Positions 1-13,862 of a DNA stretch of 64,000 bases are shown here, one piece after another. The DNA is from Camelus dromedarius. Lineage: Eukaryota. The stretch spans positions 92,320,001-92,384,000 of the forward strand of contig NC_087437.1 in NCBI RefSeq assembly GCF_036321535.1, read 5' to 3'. How positions within the stretch are numbered: the first letter of the stretch is position 1; every line of letters begins with the position of its first letter. The notes under the pieces were generated by a model. The model saw only the letters and a list, made by a program, of their open reading frames with translations, was not told the DNA's origin and did no database searches. A program made the translations under genes and the position numbers.

Positions 1-524
1 GCTTTGAGGATGCCTGAAATTTTGATCTTTTGTTAAACCCCTTTCAATATCAACTCAATAAATAAAAAGAAGTGCACCAAATCTAAAATAAGCAAGGATT
101 TGTTTTTATCTTGCTCGGTATTCTACACTGTTCTCAGTTTGAACAGAAATACACTGTACTTGAGGGTTTCAAGATCGTTTATTTTATAACCTATAGTTGC
201 GGAGCAACAGCTGAAAAGGTATGAAAGCTGAAAGAACATTGATAATGGATTTCCTGAGCTGAGATGAATCTTGCCTCATCACTCTTATCTCTCGAGACCA
301 GACAACACCTCTGAGTGATATCTGCTTGGGATACTGAGCTGCATCGGAGAGGCACTGCAAGACTGCCATTGTGTTGATGCTGCACATGGTGACATTCTTA
401 ACTAGTCTTTTCTAAACAGACCACTGCTTTCAAATAAGATGGAGTCACTGGATCAGGTTTACTCTCCAAGAGGAAACAGAAATCCAGCAGAAGACTACAT
501 GAACAACTACAGTAAATGCAAATA

Positions 525-870
525 ATAAAATACTCTTTGAAACAAAAAGGAATACAATACTGATACACAACTACATGGTTGAATCCCCAAACATCTGTAC
601 TGAGTGAAAGAAGCTAGACTCAAAACAGTACCCACTGTACAATTGCATGCATATAATGTTTTGTAAAGAGTAAATTTACTCCAGAATGATAGGCACCAGA
701 AGAGTGGAGGAGACAAAACTGAATGTGAAAGGGCCAGAAGAAACCTCCACATTTTGACAGGCATGTGGATTACTTAGATGTTAAGTGTTTGTCAAAAATC
801 AAAAAACTGTACATTCAAATTACTTATGTATTTCACTGAATAAGAAATACATCTCAATTTTTTAAAAAAA
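525..870 (+). mobile_element. Old L1 (L1MB/ME-type) 3' end fragment
   Basis: Typical L1 3' motifs (ctgagtgaaagaagctagactcaaaa, tttgtcaaaa..actgtaca) ending in an A-rich tail. Confidence 0.7.
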
Positions 871-1624
871 AGTTCCTCCAAAACCATCTATTGAATGGTC
901 CTGGAATAGCATTTACATTTTTACTTTTAATGATATCCATTTGTGCAGTACCTAAAATGTTGAATTATTGAGATTATCTACAATTTTAACTTTAATGTAT
1001 AATAATGACCCTAATTCCCCAAATTATCTCTGTGTGAATAGCTTATATACTTTATTTCAAATTAGGATTTATTATATGTAGCCCAATGTGCTTCACCATC
1101 AGGAATAAAGATAATTCAAATAAGAGAACTAATATACATACATAATGATGTATCTTTGAATCATTTATTCAAGATAAATAAAATTTTTGTAATGTTGCAA
1201 ATGTTCCATCACTGGTCCTCATAGTTTTCTTCTATATAACAACTAGCAGGGAAATGCTTAAACATAATTATGAAAACTGAAATAAATACCATGCTGTCGA
1301 TAATGTCAAAGAGACATATCCTTAAAATGGAGCAGCTCCTCAAAACTCAGTGGTGAAATGGACGTAAAGGAGGACATCACTGTTGGCAAGTCTGGGAGCG
1401 TTCACAGCATCCCCGAACACACTGAAGTTCTGCCTTGTGAGCTGGTGACAGAACTTACAGAAAAACTGATAGCTTCCAGAGGTGAGTCTAAATGCTGTGA
1501 TTCCCTTTTCACTAGACTAAAGGAAGCTGCCCGGTTTACTGACGGAACTTTCTGAGATTGAATGAGATTAAATCCTTTGCTATTTGCCTAGCAGACACTA
1601 AAGCTTGGTGGGAAAAGCTATTGT

Positions 1625-1742
1625 AATTCTGCATGATAGGCAGGTCTGTTAATGCTCATGACATAATCCCCAGTACCAAATGTAGTCCCTGTAAGTCAAC
1701 ACTAGACAGTAGAGATTTGACTTGAATGGATGGATGAATGAC
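1625..1742 (+). mobile_element. L2 3' end fragment
   Basis: atccccagtacc... ending in the tgaatggatggatgaatga tail. Confidence 0.5.
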
Positions 1743-2642
1743 ATCATTTCTATTATGTCTTTTCCATAGTTATTATATCCCTGATCATTTTCATTCTAAG
1801 AGTATGTTACAAGCAGGTGACTAATAATGCTGATAAGATTATCCATTGTCCAAATTTTACTTTTTTAATGTTCTTAAGGTTTTTAATAAAAGTTATCATT
1901 TGCTTATTTTCATAACATTTTTATTGTATTTCACACAGTATTCCAATTACTTTTCTTTCTCCTTCTACCTTATTACATCCTTTTTAATTCATAATTCACA
2001 GGTTTTGTTTTAGAATATACAATACTACAATCTATTTCTTATTCCTTTAGGAAATACTTTCATAAGTATATTTTCAACCATTTATTGAGTTCTACATGTT
2101 TTATTTCTTTATGTTACAGAATCTTTTCTTATAAACTTATCAGTGATTTTTCTAGTTATTCATTCATGAACAATAATTCTATCTAGGCTTGAATGGGTTT
2201 TTCTCACTTATATGAGTGTACTTCCTCCTGTTACTTTGCCTGGGGATCCTTTTACTCTAGAGATAATTATCCAGAAATTCAGCAAAAATATGGGAAAGGA
2301 GACAGTTGAAGATGTGAACATCCAAGGATGTGAATTCCAAATCTTAGCATTTTTACCTCTGGTTTGGATGAAAAACACTGTAAAAACTTCATGCCAAATA
2401 CAGTTTTCTTTATCATGCTGCCTTTTGACATATTGCACTTAGCTTTGACCTTGTTGAGGTTTGGGAAAGCCTGGCCAGAAATTACTTCATAACCAATATT
2501 GCTGATAATGTCCCCAAATCTCTGGACACAGCTGTCTTGTCCCCTTAGTTCTTGATCTTGGTCCTGCTGCCTCTTTTTATCTGTTTTTGAAGAAAATGTC
2601 AGCTTCTCAAATGTTATTACTTTTACAATACTTTGAGTAACA

Positions 2643-3008
2643 TTTTAGTCTGCGAGGGCCGCCATTACAAACACCACAGACTGGGTGGCTGCAGCAACAT
2701 GTATGTGCTTTCTCAGCTTTGGAGGCTAGAAGACCACGATCAAGATGCCAGTAGGATTTGTTTCTCTTGAGGCTTCTCGCCTTGGCTTGCAGATGGCCAC
2801 CTTCTTGCTATGTCCTCACTTGGCCTTTCTTCTGTGCACACACAATCCTGGTGTCTCTTCCTTTTTTTGTAAGAACACCAATTCCATTGAATTCGGGTCA
2901 TAAATTTATGATCTCATTTAACCTTAATTACCACACAGGGGTATAGTCACACAGGGGATTAGGGTTTTAAACTATGAATTTTGGGGGGAACCAATTCAGT
3001 TCTTCCAG
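2643..3008 (-). mobile_element. MaLR LTR (MLT1-type)
   Basis: cacagactgggtggct, ggaggctagaag..caagatgcc, ggcttgcagatggccaccttct, atctcatttaaccttaattac, tatgaattttggggggaac. Confidence 0.8.
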
Positions 3009-4429
3009 TAGTCTAAAAATCCTTCCTAATCTTTGTCCAGATGCTTCAGCCATTAAAATAGAGTAGAGCTTTATAGAATACTTTCCCAAATTACCAAAAC
3101 CCTTTGGTCTGAAATAGTTGTTTTTGATCTGATACAATACACAGGTTATATAATAGTTATCATGCATAACTAATGTAAAATAGTGTATACAATGGCTCTT
3201 TTTAAACTGCACTAAAGAAAAGCCATGTGGAATGGTCAACTTTTTATAATCTACCATCATTACCATCTCTCATCTTTCTAAAGCAGGTGGTATTTGTTTA
3301 ACCTGATAATTTCTCTATTTGTTCTAAAAGTCTTTGACTTATTTTCAGGAAGATAGATTGTAAGTTCTAAGTTGACTTTATTAACTTGTTTTTATTGTTT
3401 ATTTTATGAGCAATGGTAATCTGAAGTTCCTTAAAATTCATGGAATTTGGATCTACATACCATTAGATTCTAGCTCTGATTCCTTTAACTTTGGAATTTT
3501 CTTTATCATTTACCTGGGATGAGAAAATGCTGAAGAAATAAATGATTATTCTCAAACTCACCCTGCACTATCTAGTCTACTTTCATTTCATTTTCTCTTC
3601 TCTTCTTCAGATTAAATTTCAAAATTTTTACAAGAAAAGTTTCTATCTTTTTTGACATTTCCCAGTGGCACTTATAAAAATTTTATAAAATGATAACAAG
3701 TTAGTAGAAATATTTATACAGAACTGGAGCCCTTGATTATTTTAATTTTATATTCTAACTATTCCAATTACAGTGTAGTTCAATTGGATGCCAGAATTGA
3801 AGTTCTCTAACATAATATTTCAAAGAAACGTTTTATTATTTGGTTTAATAGAAAAAAGGCACAAACTTAGTTCTCTAGTGTTTATAAAGCAATTTCAAAC
3901 TTTCTCATTCTCTTGATTTTATGATGTAGCTTGAACAAGGATTTTTTATTTCCAATTTTATAGAAGATGTAACTGAGACTCTTGCAGAGGTAAATAGTCT
4001 TCTCAATATTATATGGGAAACAAAGGGTAAATCTCAGACTCAAACACTTGGCTGGCTCTAAATCTCCCGCCCTTGTCACCAGAATTTGAAACCCTAACAT
4101 TTTATACAGAAGAGAAACAAAGGTCTCTTTAAAACTAGAGAAAAAGGAGAAAAGAGTATTTTTGGTTGATTCATTAAATCATACTGGAGATATAAATCTA
4201 TAAAGAGTACTGTTTGACTTAAAGTCAGTATTTCAAAGAAGCACTCAGATGAGGGGGATATATATACAAACATGTGAAACATGAGATTTAGAAATGCAAT
4301 ATGAAAAGAAATACATTCAACATTGGCATAAACTGTAAGAAAATAAAAAATCCCTCTTTTGGGGGAATGTGGATGTCTGAACTCTATTGTCCTCTTGTTT
4401 CAAGGATGCATTTGTTTTAATCTTAAAAA

Positions 4430-4530
4430 ATATTAATTTCCTCCTATGTCAGATACTGTTGTAGTTGTTGGTGTTACAGTGCTGAACAGAAAAAAATCTC
4501 TGTGGAAATAAGTTCACATTTTAGTGGGGC
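4430..4530 (-). mobile_element. L2 fragment
   Basis: cctatgtcagatactgtt..acagtgctgaacaga..cacattttagtgggg. Confidence 0.5.
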
Positions 4531-4920
4531 TGGCATAACTGATGGTTTTTATGTAGTGTTAGGAACTAACGAAAATAAAATGAGGCGGGGAAAGGAAGAA
4601 TGTAGGAGAACACCCATGAAAGTTCTTTTGCAGTTTGATAGCTATTTTAATCCGGTAATTGTACTCTGCTAAATACATTTCTTATTTCTATTAGCCTACA
4701 TGAAAGTCTCAAAAGCAGTCCTTATTTTGGCATGCAACATTGAAGAGCCTCCATGTAATGTAAATAAGAGGTAATTTAGAAACTCTGTTTATCAGACTGT
4801 CTAGCAGTCACCTAGCAAAGGTCAGTTAGGATAATAGAGAAACCCAGCAATTTTAACTACACAATGGGGGGGCAGGGTGGAAGGGAAGCAAAGAGAAATA
4901 AATGAAAATAAAATGAATCA

Positions 4921-5092
4921 TTTTTTTAACACTTCTTTCTTCACTTAACTCTTTTTTGGGGGGTAAATATTTAGGTTTGTTTGTTTGTTTATTTATTTAT
5001 TTATTTATTTTTAGAGGAGGTACTACGGATTGAACCCAGGGCTTTGTACATGCTAAGCATGCGCTCTAGCACTTGAGCTATAACCTTCCCTC
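4921..5092 (-). mobile_element. Camelid tRNA-derived SINE (Vic-1-type, long-tail form)
   Basis: Minus strand reads tatagctcaagtgctagagcgcatgcttagcatg..ctgggttcaatcc (A and B boxes), then a (TAAA)n tail; approximate TSD tgaatcattt (4914-4923) / tgaaccattt (5093-5102). Confidence 0.9.
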
Positions 5093-7272
5093 TGAACCAT
5101 TTGGTGTTAAATGACAGTTCAGTACAAATGGAATTCAGGAATAAAGGGTACTGCCTTCATCTTCGAAAAATGTTTCTAAACCTGCAGAGGTGAGTTGATG
5201 CTAATGAAATCCAATCTGCATGACCACATCGCTTTGTTACATCATCCTCACAAGCTCTTTCAATCTAAATATGACACAGTTTACATGAAAATTTTATCTA
5301 AGCCTATATTGTCATTGTCTGTAATAGTCTAAAATTTAGAAGGAAAGAATTTATAGCAATATGTTAGTTAGGTCACTGCATTTTTCATTATCAATGAATT
5401 GCCCCTTTAAATTTATGCATAGCACATAATGAGGTAAATAATAAAGGAAAAGTAAATTCTCCCTAAGGATTGTTGTAAATCAGAATTATCTGTACTTTGT
5501 CCAGAAATCTCTAAGTTGAGGAAAATGTTTAAAGTTCTGAAGGAAATGGTGTGTAAAATATTTTATGAATCTGGTCCCTACTATATAATATAACTCATGG
5601 GGAACAATTTTAAGGCATTAAATAGACTCAAGGTGTGTGTTTGTCATTTTTATTGGGACCAAAACAATTAAGACAATTTTAATGAAAGACTTAATTATAC
5701 ACACTTAATTATGAGCATTTCAAAGAAATAAAAGTACCAAAATGGAGTCCATATAAGGCTAATAACAATTATTTTAAACCATAATCAAAGATTTTTAGAA
5801 GATTCAGCAAGGAACTTTTAAAAAGGATAATTCTAATCTGTAATTTGGCAAGACAGGGGAAAAAAAAAACAATTTACCCCTACACGGAGCTTCAGTGAGT
5901 AAATTATTCAACAGAATATAAATATAAATATGTTTTAACAAAGAAGTGAATTTTTTCCTAAGAAGAAAAGGAAGGCAAATCAATTCATATATTGAAAAGT
6001 TAAATACTTTAAAAATGGTAGATGTTGTCTAAAAAATTTGCAATAAATTTTATATCTTTCTACATACAAGAATATAATTTAGGCAAAAGTAGTTTTTATG
6101 TTACAAATGTGCTTTAAAGTCAACAAACTAACTAGATTAGAAATTATATCTATAAATAGATATATAAATTATAAATTATATATGTATATATTTCATTAAA
6201 CCCAAAATAACCAATATTTTTGAGTAGTATTAAAAAATAAAATAAATAAAATTAAAGTCTGAAATTCAGAATAGCATTACTCTGATAGTCTATTAGGTGC
6301 ATAACTGAGCCAAAAAAATCACAAATTAAGACATGTTAATATCAAAAACTTGTCTTTTTAAGTTTCCTAGTAATACTATGAAAACACTGGAAATAAAAAA
6401 CAAACAAATAAAAAAGCACAGAGCAATTACAATGCTGACTATAAACCTAAGGAAAAAAATCAAATAAATGCCTTTCTCTGTATTGAGTAAGTTTCTTATT
6501 TTCATTTCAATGAAAGCAAATCACTTTGGTGGGAAGCAACACAGCTCAAATAAACACCAAATGTAATTTGGATGAAATAGATTTTAGGAATTTATAGGTT
6601 TCACATCCTCTCAGTTTTGTAAGTGGAAGAATCAGAATACAATAAAACTGGCTCTAGTCTTAAGAGAATGTGTTATAGTCACACTAGAAATAAATGTATC
6701 TTGTTTTATGTGAATGTTTCCAATGTCTCTGAGTTTTATAGGTATAAACATATTATTAGGATTTTGGTTGGGAAAATTATTGTAATGGGATTTAAATGTT
6801 TAAGATACAAGTTTCAATATAATCTTATTTTAGGGCAGAATACACTAAGAACTTTACTGTTTATAGTTTTATATATAATTTAAACTATATTTCTGAAAAA
6901 ACAATATATATGGAAGAAGAGTAAAACCAAACAAAAACATTCAGAAATAGATTTGGAGCAGAAGCATGCTCTGAAGATCTGGGATTGTGCAATGTGTGTC
7001 CAGCTTGGGAAAATTATCAGTAATAGAAAAGTGAATAACTGGGGTGCTTGCAGTATATCATTTAGGGAATTAACTGTGGGTCTTTAGAGAAAAATATATG
7101 TTAAAGGAGGCAGAAAAAGTAGTAATTAAGACTAAGTAGGTATGAAGTAAAAACTTACAGAGATTGATACTGAAGGATGTTGACTGGAGAGAAATCCTCT
7201 CTCTATATATACAAGTTAAGTCAAAGTATGGAAAATATGAAAGTATTAAAATTGCATTCAAGAATATGTATG

Positions 7273-7761
7273 TGTCAACTGAAATAAAATGCACAACCTA
7301 AATGTTGAGAGTTATGTTTTACTTGGTGGACATTTCTGAGGACATGAGTCTGGGATGACAGCCTCTCAGATAGCTCTGAGAGATGCTCCAAAGAGGTAGA
7401 GGAGGAGCCAGGGTATATAGCAGTTTTTACAACAAAGGTAGGTAGTCAGAACTCAAAAGATTACTGTTAATTAAAGAAAACCAGACATCTCAAGTTAAAG
7501 AATTTAGTGACTTTCTATATATGGGAAGGTGCAAAGGTCTGGGCTCATTGAAATCATTCCTTTGACATGCACCTAGCTGTCTAAGGCCAGTATCCTGAGT
7601 TTCCTCAGAGCTGCCTGCTTGTCTGCATCCTGAGTTCCCTTTGCTCACTTTTGGGGGTAATGGTAGCAGCTGATGACTTTGGGGGTGATGATAGCAGCTG
7701 ATGACTTGATGGCCACAGCATTCTTTGTTTACTGATATGGCTGGCAATATTTTCACTCACA
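7273..7761 (-). mobile_element. ERV1-type solo LTR, 489 bp
   Basis: TG...CA termini, 4-bp TSD TATG (7269-7272 / 7762-7765), homologous to the LTR at 26349-26837. Confidence 0.9.
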
Positions 7762-8286
7762 TATGTATACTTAGCTATCTCTCTATCTACCTAACTATCT
7801 ATCATCATCTATTTATTGCTCCCTGTGTCTTAAGTTGTAGCTATCCCCTTAATAGAGGAGAAAAAAGAAAGATCACCCACTCAGAGATTCAGAGTCACTC
7901 ACTCTCAGAATATAGGGACTATTTAGGTTATTTAATCCTACACTATGAAAACAATATACATAGTTCCCATTTATAAATATAAACTTACATTTTGTGGTAG
8001 ATATGTGAATATTGAATCTATATTTTCAAATTCCATATCTTCCTCCCGTGAATCTCTGTTTTTGCAATTAAGATGGTTGTACAGTAACTTTTTAGAAGAG
8101 TAAACACAATCTTTTCTTATAAAAAAAAAGGACACCATTGCAAAGTGATGGCCTTATCTCCTTTGAGCCATCTATTCCTCATTTGACATGATTAAAGAGC
8201 AGAAACGTATGTAAACTTTGAAAATGAACAGATAAACAGGATAAATTGCATTGTTTCATTTCCTTTTCTGAACAAAGGAAATCACA

Positions 8287-8800
8287 TGTTCATAGCAGTA
8301 CTATTAACAATAGTCAAGATATGTAAACAACCCAAGTCCCCATCAACAAGTGGTATATATATACAATGGAAAATTACTCAGCCACAAATAAGAATGAAAT
8401 ATTGCCATTTGCAGCATCATAGATGGACCTAGGGAATACTATACTCAGTGAAATAAGTCAAAGCAAGACAAATACTATATGATATCACTTATATTTGGAA
8501 TCTAAAACTAATGCAAATGAATCTACATACAAAACAGAAACAGACTCACAGACATAAACTTATGGTTAACAGAAGGGAGAGGAAGTGAAGGAGGGACAAA
8601 TTCGGAGTATGGGATTAACAGATATAAATTACTATACATAAAATGGGTAAGCAAAAAGTATTTACATTCAATATCTTGTAGTAACCTATAATGGAATATA
8701 ATCTGCAAAAAAATAAAATAAAATAACTGAATTACTAGGCCATACACCTAAAACTAAGGCAATGTTATAAATCAACTATACTTCACTTAAAAAAAAGAAA
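8287..8800 (+). mobile_element. Artiodactyl L1 3' end (5'-truncated)
   Basis: ORF2 C-terminal and 3'UTR motifs (atgttcatagcag, gccatttgcagca, acaaaacagaaacagactcacagacata), A-rich tail. Confidence 0.9.
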
Positions 8801-9529
8801 ATAATAAGGATATTACACAGCAAATAATATTCTCTTAGAAAAACATGTGGAAGGGATGGAGTTCTCTATTTTTCTCACGTTGATGCCTCTATGAGTTAGA
8901 ACAGGGAGGAGATGTTATTTTCTGGCTATGGTGTGTATAAATGTCTGGCATTATTAGCACCGGTTTTAAGATGCACCACTGTCTTCTCCAGTTTACCAGT
9001 CAACTTCCTGAGTCAGTCTCAAAAGACTATTTATGGAAGAGAATATTTCTAAATTACAGTGTTCAGGGTAATCTTCCTAATTTTCACCACATTTGAGACA
9101 GCTCTATAAAGAGATCATATTCTAAGCCAGTTTGCTTGAGGACAACTTAGACTCTGAGTCACAAAGAACAGAAAATGGGAATTCAAGAAATGTATTTCTA
9201 AAGGCTCAAAAGAAAATGAAATAATCTCCAGGTTTATGCTGCTTTATATATCCTAAAGCTTTTTACTTGAAACTACTCAAGACATCTTATTTTGCTTATT
9301 TTGCTAATAATCAAGGTTATATATTCCATTTTTTACTATGTAATTGGACTTGAAAATGTAGCACTAATTTAAATAAATCACAATAAAGAAATAATAAATG
9401 GAAAAAAAGTTCACCTTTTAACTCAGAAGAGTGGCATGTAGTGGTAAAGTAATCAACAAAGCAGAGGGTTTCAGCATATTACAGTGATTCCACTAACTTC
9501 GACAGAGATTTAGCAGACATAATGGCTCC

Positions 9530-9700
9530 CTCTGAGTCTTGCTCTAATTTACTCTGTGACCTTGACCTTGACTAGCTTACTTGGATTTTCTTGTTTCATA
9601 GTTTTCTCAATAAATTAAAAAGAAAAGAATAAATGGAAAAAGGATTACTAAGTCTTATCACTATATAACATTATAGAGGGCATTAAGAAATACAGTTAAA
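9530..9700 (+). mobile_element. MIR fragment
   Basis: ctctaatttactctgtgaccttg core-like sequence. Confidence 0.45.
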
Positions 9701-10834
9701 ACTCATCATGCTTCTACAAAAAAACTCATTGTAAAGACTTAGTATATCATTTTTTATCTGTGGCATTTTCCCCTTGTTGTTGTTTTGGGACTGTTTTGAG
9801 CATAGATCTCCATGATTGGCAATTTGTGTGGTACATGGGTGATTTCTGGAACTACTATACTCCCCATTTGTAAGTCAATATAAGTAAATGTGACCTTCAG
9901 GTCTTCAGAGATGAAAAGAGACAGCCTTAAAGTTAATTCGCTGTGTCACCTAACCTCTCTCCCCTTCAGGTAGAAAAAGATATTCAGTCTCCTATTTTAG
10001 GAATTTAAATGTGTCACAGATAAAGGGCATTTTGCATGACACATTAAATGCATTTCCAGTTGAACTTTAATATTGGTAAATGCTGTTAAATATTGTATAT
10101 TTAAAAAACAAAGAACTTTCTGATAAAGAATAGGTTGAATATATAAAATCAAGATGCTTATACACACACACAAACTTAAATAAATATGTATCATTACGAA
10201 GAAGGTCTTTTGAATAAAAATTGTATCACATTAAGCAATAATGAGGCATGACACTTAATCTGTAACTATTTAAAAATGTCTCAAAAATGAAACAGTAGTG
10301 TTACCTTGGACAAAATTATATACAAGGGAAAAGACAGTGCTGAGTGTAGATGAGTTATTTATTTTTGCTGACCCAGATAGTTTTTCCCTTTTTTAAAAAA
10401 TGTTTGATATTCAAATTGCTATAGAATATGATCTTCATTAGATATGTCAGCATTAGTAATAAGGATAAAAAAGATTGGAAAGATTAGTTAGGCTCCACAG
10501 AAAATGGGGTGATAATGCAAAAAGCAAGTGATGGAATACTGTCAGAAATGCATCTTATGTTAATGTGTGCAGGTAATAGTAGATAAAAATTTTAAACTAA
10601 AGTGATTATTGCTTAAATAATTACACATTTCAGTACTTTTTTATAGAATCCATAATTTGAATAGTGTAATACAGAAAAATAACATGCATTCAAGTATTTT
10701 AAAGTGTATTTTAGAGAAAATTATTTTAAAGACATAATTATGAAAATGATTATATACTGAGCACAATTGCACTAAGGTCATTTAGATACTTTGTCTTCTA
10801 TCATTAGCATAAATCAATGGGTAAGTTTTCACTC

Positions 10835-10975
10835 TTTTTCTTTTACACATGAGGAAACTGAGGCTCAAAGAAATATGTTAATTTTCTAAGATCATACAAC
10901 AAGTTAAAAATTAAGTCAGGGTTGAAAATCAAATCTACTTGCTCTAGAAAGTCTCTTTCCACTAACCCATATTGT
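10835..10975 (-). mobile_element. MIR fragment
   Basis: ttttacacatgaggaaactgaggctcaaaga core. Confidence 0.75.
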
Positions 10976-12169
10976 CTATAAACATATTTTTATGTATATG
11001 AACATTTCTCATTAAATTGGAAATAGATACGGAGAATTATGAGCTTCAAAGGCTATCTTAAAAATAAAGCATAGCCTGGTTTAAATAACTGCCTCATTGT
11101 GCTATTAGGCATGCTAAGTTCTGATTCTTGCCATCTTCAGACACGCCTACTTGGTAGTCACAGACATTCCAACATCATGAGAGGGTAGAAGTTACTATTT
11201 ATATGTGTTATGATAGGAAGAGTTACTCATCTCCTTATTTAGTAATTATTTCTCAAGATATTTCCCAGCCTTGTTCCTGAGAATCCCCAACTCCAAAAGA
11301 TTCATTCCTCAGTATACATATTTTTCTCTCCTTATAATCCACTTAAAAAAAAATAAGAGATAGATAGATAGATAGAATCAAAGAACTGCTCAGAGAATAA
11401 ATATTTTCAAGTAATAACTCAGAGAATTACTCTGATATAAAACAGAGTGCAGCTGAAGTTTACTCATATATGAAGGTCAATCGTGTAGATTGTCTCATTG
11501 GAAAAAAAGCAAAGACAGGTTTAAAAGGCTTATTCACAGACGATCTGTGGAAATGGGGCTTGTTTTGTTTCATTTTATTTTTTCTCTGAGCAAACTGATT
11601 GGTTGGAAGTCATCAAGGAAGGCAGTTTGCCCTTGGACAGACTGAGATAGAGAAGGCAATTTCAGGGTGAAAGCTTTAATTCAAGCTATGAAGTAAACAT
11701 GACATGCTTTTGGCTAGGAATAATGGCTGCTATTGTCACTTATGATCCCTTCCACTTATTTAATCTGGGTCTGTGCCAAGACCTTTGTTATGTTTTACCA
11801 ATGTATGCAATTTTGAGTAGTAGCTAAAAGAGCAAACTCCTTCTTACAACTTCTTCCTCCCCTACCTCCAAGTAACCCAATAGATTTTTATAAGAAGACA
11901 AGATTCCCTGAATTAGGATGCTGAGATTAATCATTCAATTCAAGACGTACTTTAGGCAGCTGTATGGAGAAACTGTAGCCACGACGCTAGAGGACATTTT
12001 ATTGGCCATAACTAGTTTTGCCTTGTATCCAACACTACTCTAACCCAAAAGGGGGCCTGGCTGAATAGTTCTCTCTTTTTTTTTTTTTTTTTTAATTTTT
12101 CCTGTTTATTGCTTCTTTTTAAAAAAATAAAATTTCCATCTGACTTTACTTTCAAACAAATGCAGTTAT

Positions 12170-13862
12170 TTTTTAAAGACTATTTTTAGAACAGTTTTAA
12201 GTTCACAGCAAAGTGAAAAGAGGCATAGAGATTTCTCAGATGCCCCCTGCTCCCACATATGGATAACCCCCCCATTATTAATACATTTGATGGTACATTT
12301 GACAGTACATTATGATGTAGGTTCAACAATTATAATTATAATACCAAATGTCTATAGTTTATATTATGCTTCAACCTTGCCTTCAAGCTTGGTGTACATT
12401 CTAAGTTTGGACAAAGGTATAATGACATGTGTCCATCATTACAGTGTCATACAAAATATGTTCACTGCATAAAATTCTCTGTTCTCCATACAGTCATCCC
12501 TCCCCACCACCTTCAAGCCCTGGCCATGACTAGTCTTTTTACCGTCTTCATAGCTCTGAATATTCAGAATATCATATAGTTGGAATCACACAGTATGTAG
12601 TGTTTCCCAGTTGGTTTATTTCACTTAGTAAATATACACTTAAGGTTCTTCTATGTCTTTTCATGGTTTGATAGCTTATTTATTTTAAGTACTGAATAAT
12701 ATTCCATTGTCTGGATGTACCAGAGTTTGTTTATCTATTTACCTGCTGACGGACATTTCAACTTCTTCCAAGTTTGTACAATTATGATTAAACCTGCTAT
12801 AAACATCCATGTGCAGGTTTTTGTGTGGACATAAGTTTTCAGATCTTTTGGGTAAATACCAGAAAGCACAATTGTTGGAGCATATGGTAACAGTACATTT
12901 AGCTTTGTAAGAAACTGCCAAACTGTCTTCCAACTGACTGTGCCATTTTGCATTCCTATCAGCAATGAATGAGAGGTCCACTGCACCACATGTTTACCAG
13001 CATTTGGTGTTGTCAGTTTTCCCAGATTTTGACCAATATAAATAATGGTATTTCATTGTTGTTTGATTTGCATTTTACTGAAGACATATGATGTGGAACA
13101 TCTTTTCACATGCTTACTTGCCATTTGTGTATCTTCTTTGGTGAGACATCAGTTGAAGACTGGCTCATTTTTAAATTGGGCTGTTTGTTCCCTTATTGTT
13201 GAGTTTTAAGAGTTCTTTTTTCTTTTGTGTTTTGCATAATAGTCTTTCATCAGAAATCTCTTTTATAAGTATTTTCTCCTAGACTGGGTCTTACCTTCTC
13301 ATTTTCTTGATAGTATCTTTCACAGAGCAGAAATTTTTCATTCTAATGAATTTCAGCTTTCAATTATTTCTTTTATGGATCATTTCTTTGGTACTATATC
13401 TAAAAAGCTATGACTATATTCAAGGTCATCTAGGTTTTCTCCTATGTTATCTTCTAGGAGTTTTACAATTTTGCATTTTACATTGAGGTCTGGGATCCAT
13501 TTTGAGTGAATTTTTGTGAATGGTGTAAGATCTGTGTCTCAATTCATTTTCTTGCATTTGGATGTCTAGCTGTAGCAGCAGTATTTGTTGAAGAGACTGT
13601 CTTCACTCCATTGTACTGCCTTTGCTCCTTTGTCAAACATTAGTTGACAATATTTCTTGGCTCTCTATTTTGTTCCGTTCATCTATTTGTCTATTCGTTC
13701 ACCAATACCATGATGTCTTGATGACTAGAGCTTTACATTAAGTCTTGAAAGTAGGGGTGTCAGTCTTCCAACTTTGTTCGTCTCCTTTAACATTGTTTGC
13801 ACTATTCTGGGTCTTTTGCCTCTCAACATAAATTTTTGAATCAGTTTGGGAATATTCACAAA
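12170..13862 (-). mobile_element. L1 (L1MC/MB-type), 3' part of ORF2 and 3'UTR
   Basis: ORF 12735-12989 encodes an L1 ORF2 C-terminal-like peptide (KTVWQFLTKLN..GIYPKDLKTYVHTKTCTWMFIA); characteristic 3'UTR. Confidence 0.9.

Noticed and set aside
194..380. bHLH-like peptide KNIDNGFPELR*ILP on the + strand
   Set aside because: The resemblance is short, has several stops and lacks a convincing second helix; probably chance
4921..5092. tRNA gene (also at 22669-23012)
   Set aside because: The tRNA-like heads carry A-rich tails and TSDs, so these are SINEs
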